Source: Psammoneis japonica (Eukaryota). Taken from it: DNA of 64,000 bases. This document shows, piece by piece, positions 63,101-64,000 of the stretch. Position 1 is the first letter of the stretch. Each line of letters opens with the position of its first letter. The stretch is from assembly GCA_008632985.1 (NCBI GenBank), contig QPGO01000004.1:248001-312000 (forward strand), in the 5' to 3' direction. Under the pieces are notes generated by a model. That model had not been told where the DNA came from. It made no database searches and saw nothing but the letters and a program-made list of their open reading frames with translations. A program made the position numbers and the translations under genes.

Positions 63101-64000
63101 CAAGAATGAGCACAAAAGCACCAGCTGTGTGACAGAATCTGAAGACAAAGATTGTGAAAACACCCCTGATTCAGATGGTGAACATGAAGAAGCAAATGAG
63201 ATGCCAGCAGGTGAAAAATCCAGTCCCAGTCAACAGCAGGAGAAGCAAGAAGACTGAAAGAGACAAAGCACCCACAGAGGAGACAAGAGGAGAAGAGAAG
63301 CTGGAGAAAGAGGCAACCAAGATGCCAGCCAGAGTGACAAGGAGTGGCACAAGATTTGGGGCATCCCACAACATGAAGTCACATGAACACAGAGAAAAGA
63401 CAGTTCAATTGCAGGAGTGGCAGATGCAGAAGCAGAGCAAGAAGAGCAGAACAAATGTGAGCCCCAATCCAGGGGACAACAACATTGAGTGTGATGCAGA
63501 AAGAGGAATGGTTTCAGCACAATTTGTGTGCAACAAGATCAATGACCAGGTCCAATCAGGAAAGAGCATTTCCTTTGCCCAACAGCATTTGCCACATGAA
63601 AGCCTCAAAGTGTTTGGCCAGAAGGAGCCCAGGCACAATGCCTCAGAGAAGGAGATGAAACAACTTTGTGACAGGGTGTGCTTTGCACCAACATCAGTCA
63701 AAGATGACATGACTTGAGCTGAGAGGACCAGTGCTGTGATTGCCTCAATGTTCCTGATGGAGAACCAAGATGGTTGCATGAAATGGCAAATGGTCTGCAA
63801 AGGAAAACTGACCAAAGAATGGATGAACAAGGATGAGTCAGCAAGTCCAACAGTGTTGCTGGAAGGAACACTGATGACAGCAGTCATTGATGCCATGTGG
63901 AAGAGTGCAATGCAATGAGCATTGATGCACTGAGCATGTTTGTGCAGACACAGATTCCAGAGCCCAAAGAAGTCAAAAACCAGATTGTGATGACTGCAGG
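60200..64000 (+). mobile_element. Second Ty1/Copia (CoDi-type) element, decayed, running off the window
   Basis: Zn knuckle CHCCNELNHKSPDC, protease ILDNGSTLS, ANILSL.DV, integrase HVPKVEQSI and NLDHDKH, RT start KEMKQLCDRVCFAP...MFLMENQDG...SASPTV...MTAVIDA. No LTR identified. Confidence 0.85.

Larger units (their letters stand above)
55200..64000. repeat. Decayed transposon island C, TpA- and CpG-depleted
   Basis: About 30 TA seen by eye in ~8.5 kb; CG also rare. Confidence 0.9.

Noticed and set aside
1..64000. Alternative genetic code or RNA editing as the cause of Tyr->Cys/His
   Set aside because: Neighbouring genes use Tyr and TAA/TAG normally; the changes affect both strands, non-coding repeats and DNA transposons.
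1..64000. Classical fungal RIP
   Set aside because: RIP raises TpA and depletes CpA/TpG; the opposite is seen here.

Overview
Eukaryotic nuclear DNA, most likely from a pennate diatom. This is inferred from CoDi-type Copia, an Ambal-type LINE, bipartite plastid presequences, RxL/SMSMS secreted proteins and short GT-AG introns. Gene-rich segments (~14.5-17.9 kb and ~34.0-55.2 kb) alternate with three islands of decayed transposons (~1-14.5 kb, ~17.9-34.0 kb, ~55.2-64 kb). Genes: a 5'-truncated ABCD transporter, a disrupted HET-domain gene, four RxL single-pass membrane proteins, a plastid PPR protein, otubain, a Menin homologue, a CpcT/CRL-like protein and several unknowns. Islands: a Copia element with both LTRs, TSD, PBS and PPT nested in an Ambal-like LINE; an Ngaro/PAT-type element with split direct repeats nested in a Plavaka-type transposon; a transposase-exonuclease remnant; and a second Copia. 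The main observation is that the islands have lost almost all TpA (and, in older parts, CpG), both converted to TpG/CpA. Conserved Tyr codons read Cys or His, paired repeats differ by TG<->CA swaps, TpA disappears before CpG, and surviving TpA sits mostly in YTAR context. This points to a repeat-targeted A:T->G:C hypermutation at TpA, the reverse of fungal RIP. All counts are by eye and all family assignments are by motif recognition; no searches were run.
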